Assembly (NCBI GenBank): GCA_002633005.1
Contig: NMRA01000127.1
Coordinates: forward strand, 442,438 to 506,437
Length of the DNA: 64,000 bases
Reading direction: 5' to 3'
DNA from: Phoronis australis
Taxonomy: Eukaryota; Animalia; Phoronida
Each line of letters starts with the position of its first letter. Position 1 is the stretch's first letter. A program made the translations under genes and the position numbers. Shown here in pieces: positions 62,481 through 64,000 of this stretch. The notes beneath the pieces are model-generated. The model did no database searches. It was given only the letters and a program-made list of their open reading frames with translations, and had not been told where the DNA came from.

Positions 62481-64000
62481 TGTACACGAAAACTAGACAT
62501 TTTAAAGCAGTATAACAATGTTGAGACAATCGACAATCTTATTGAATTTAATGAAATCATGATATCTGAGTCCCTTGATTGGTGCCCTACAAAGAAGTTG
62601 TGATCTTGATGGTGTTTAAATTGCCTTTTTTCCATTTACACTTTTGGCTTCTGTGATCCAAGGTGAACCTGCTTATCTCCTAGACACCTATAGTAAACCC
62701 CTGGCCCCTGATCCCTCGGGTTGGCCATTTCCATCTTTAGTGTTAGTGTGTTTGTTTGTTTGTGTGTTGGTGTGCAGGGTATGCATTGTTCCTCCCTCAT
62801 GGCCTGCATAGGTGTTTTTGTTCTCGCTATCAGTGTTCTTTGATCATTTACATTGTTCTTCTCTTAACCAATTGTAGTTCTTTTCTTGTTTACTTCGTTT
62901 CAGTTATTACAATCTTTGTTTTTTTCTCGTCTACCTCATTACGTTTTTTATGAACATTGTTTTTCTCCTAAACAATTGTTTGTATTGACTAGCTCAACTG
63001 CTGGCAAGCGGTTTCTTCGCGTACTTTGTAACTGGTTTGTTCAGGGGCGCGAAATGAGTCCCACATCGAATGTTAAACTTGGAAGTATGACAAAGGGATA
63101 CATTGTAAATTAACTTTGGAATTTTACTGTAGGAAATATCAAAGAATATCATGTGTTTTCATGATGTCTTTTTTTTCATAAAGTTGGAAAGCAGGTATTT
63201 TGGACTATATGTATGAATACTGCTGCGAATCAACGTGAGAAATGATTTGAGTTTACAAGAACTAAACTGCGGTTAGTGAGGAAAGAACTGTGGCTAGTAA
63301 GAAAAGAAGTATGTGAATAAGAAGAGGGCTTTCTCAATGCTAATGCCTGTGAGGGAGGAAGGTGCGTGCGTGTGTGCTTCCCAGTGGGTGACTAACCGGA
63401 CTGGATTGGTGGCATCCTCGTTTCACTGCTGTAGACTGGATACCCAAGGATATGTCCTCTGTGGTCTTGTTGAAACAAAGGATGTATCGCGTTTCCAATG
63501 TGGTTATTTTAAGGGCATAATGCCCAAACGCCTAATGACTGTACAATAAGGCGGACTGTAGAAATGGACTGTGGAATGTGTAAGTCATTAGCGTTAGTGA
63601 TTTGAAATGCAGGCGCGGAGATTTTACTAAACATAGTAAATAGTCCTACTATGCTCAGATGAACCCAGCTCTTCAAAAATGTATGAAGAAGCTTATCAAA
63701 CAAATGCTGTAAGAATTTGAGTACTAAACAGCTAACTGAACTAAGTTGAATAAATGACAAATCGTTTTCTTATGAAGTGGATAATTCAGGATCCGTGTGA
63801 GGGAAGTACATTTTACGAATAAAAAGCTCAAAAGTATGAGAAGTGCTGGGCATATTGAAATAATTTTAGAAAAAGCAAGTCTTGTCCTGAGTGTTGAAAA
63901 GAGAAAAACAAGAGGTTATATTTAGCACTAATGGGATGTGGTGTTATTTAAGTCTGTTGTATAGACCTCTCTGTGCTGATACATTTTTTCTAGGATGTTT

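Noticed and set aside
63975-64000. Acceptor-like TTTTTTCTAG at the window end as ZMIZ1 exon 4
   Set aside because: Only 7 nt follow, and in phase 1 they read G-C-, not the expected A-L-L. It cannot be evaluated.

Overview
AT-rich, intron-dominated animal genomic DNA. It is probably from an invertebrate bilaterian, but the species cannot be determined from the sequence. The only recognisable host gene is the 5' part of a ZMIZ1/Zimp10 ortholog on the + strand. Three GT-AG coding exons (28016-28114, 33646-33759, 36342-36447) splice in frame to MAVPNMHHNPVNNLMEMDRHVQQTVDRLECIKQ|[38 protein letters not shown]|[35 protein letters not shown], the conserved ZMIZ1 N-terminal domain. The next canonical exon is not visible, so the following intron is longer than 27 kb. 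The rest is upstream or intronic sequence. It holds candidate non-coding 5' exons, three tRNA-derived SINEs, LINE 3' ends, several MITE and DNA-transposon relics, mini- and microsatellites, and a 1.5-kb tandem duplication joined at an N (likely an assembly artefact). The most unusual feature is that the splice acceptor, mini-uORF and start codon of the first ZMIZ1 coding exon are amplified as five 87-bp (29-codon) tandem copies. This gives a ladder of alternative acceptors and in-frame uORFs in front of the real start. There are no prokaryotic genes, rRNA genes or CRISPR arrays.
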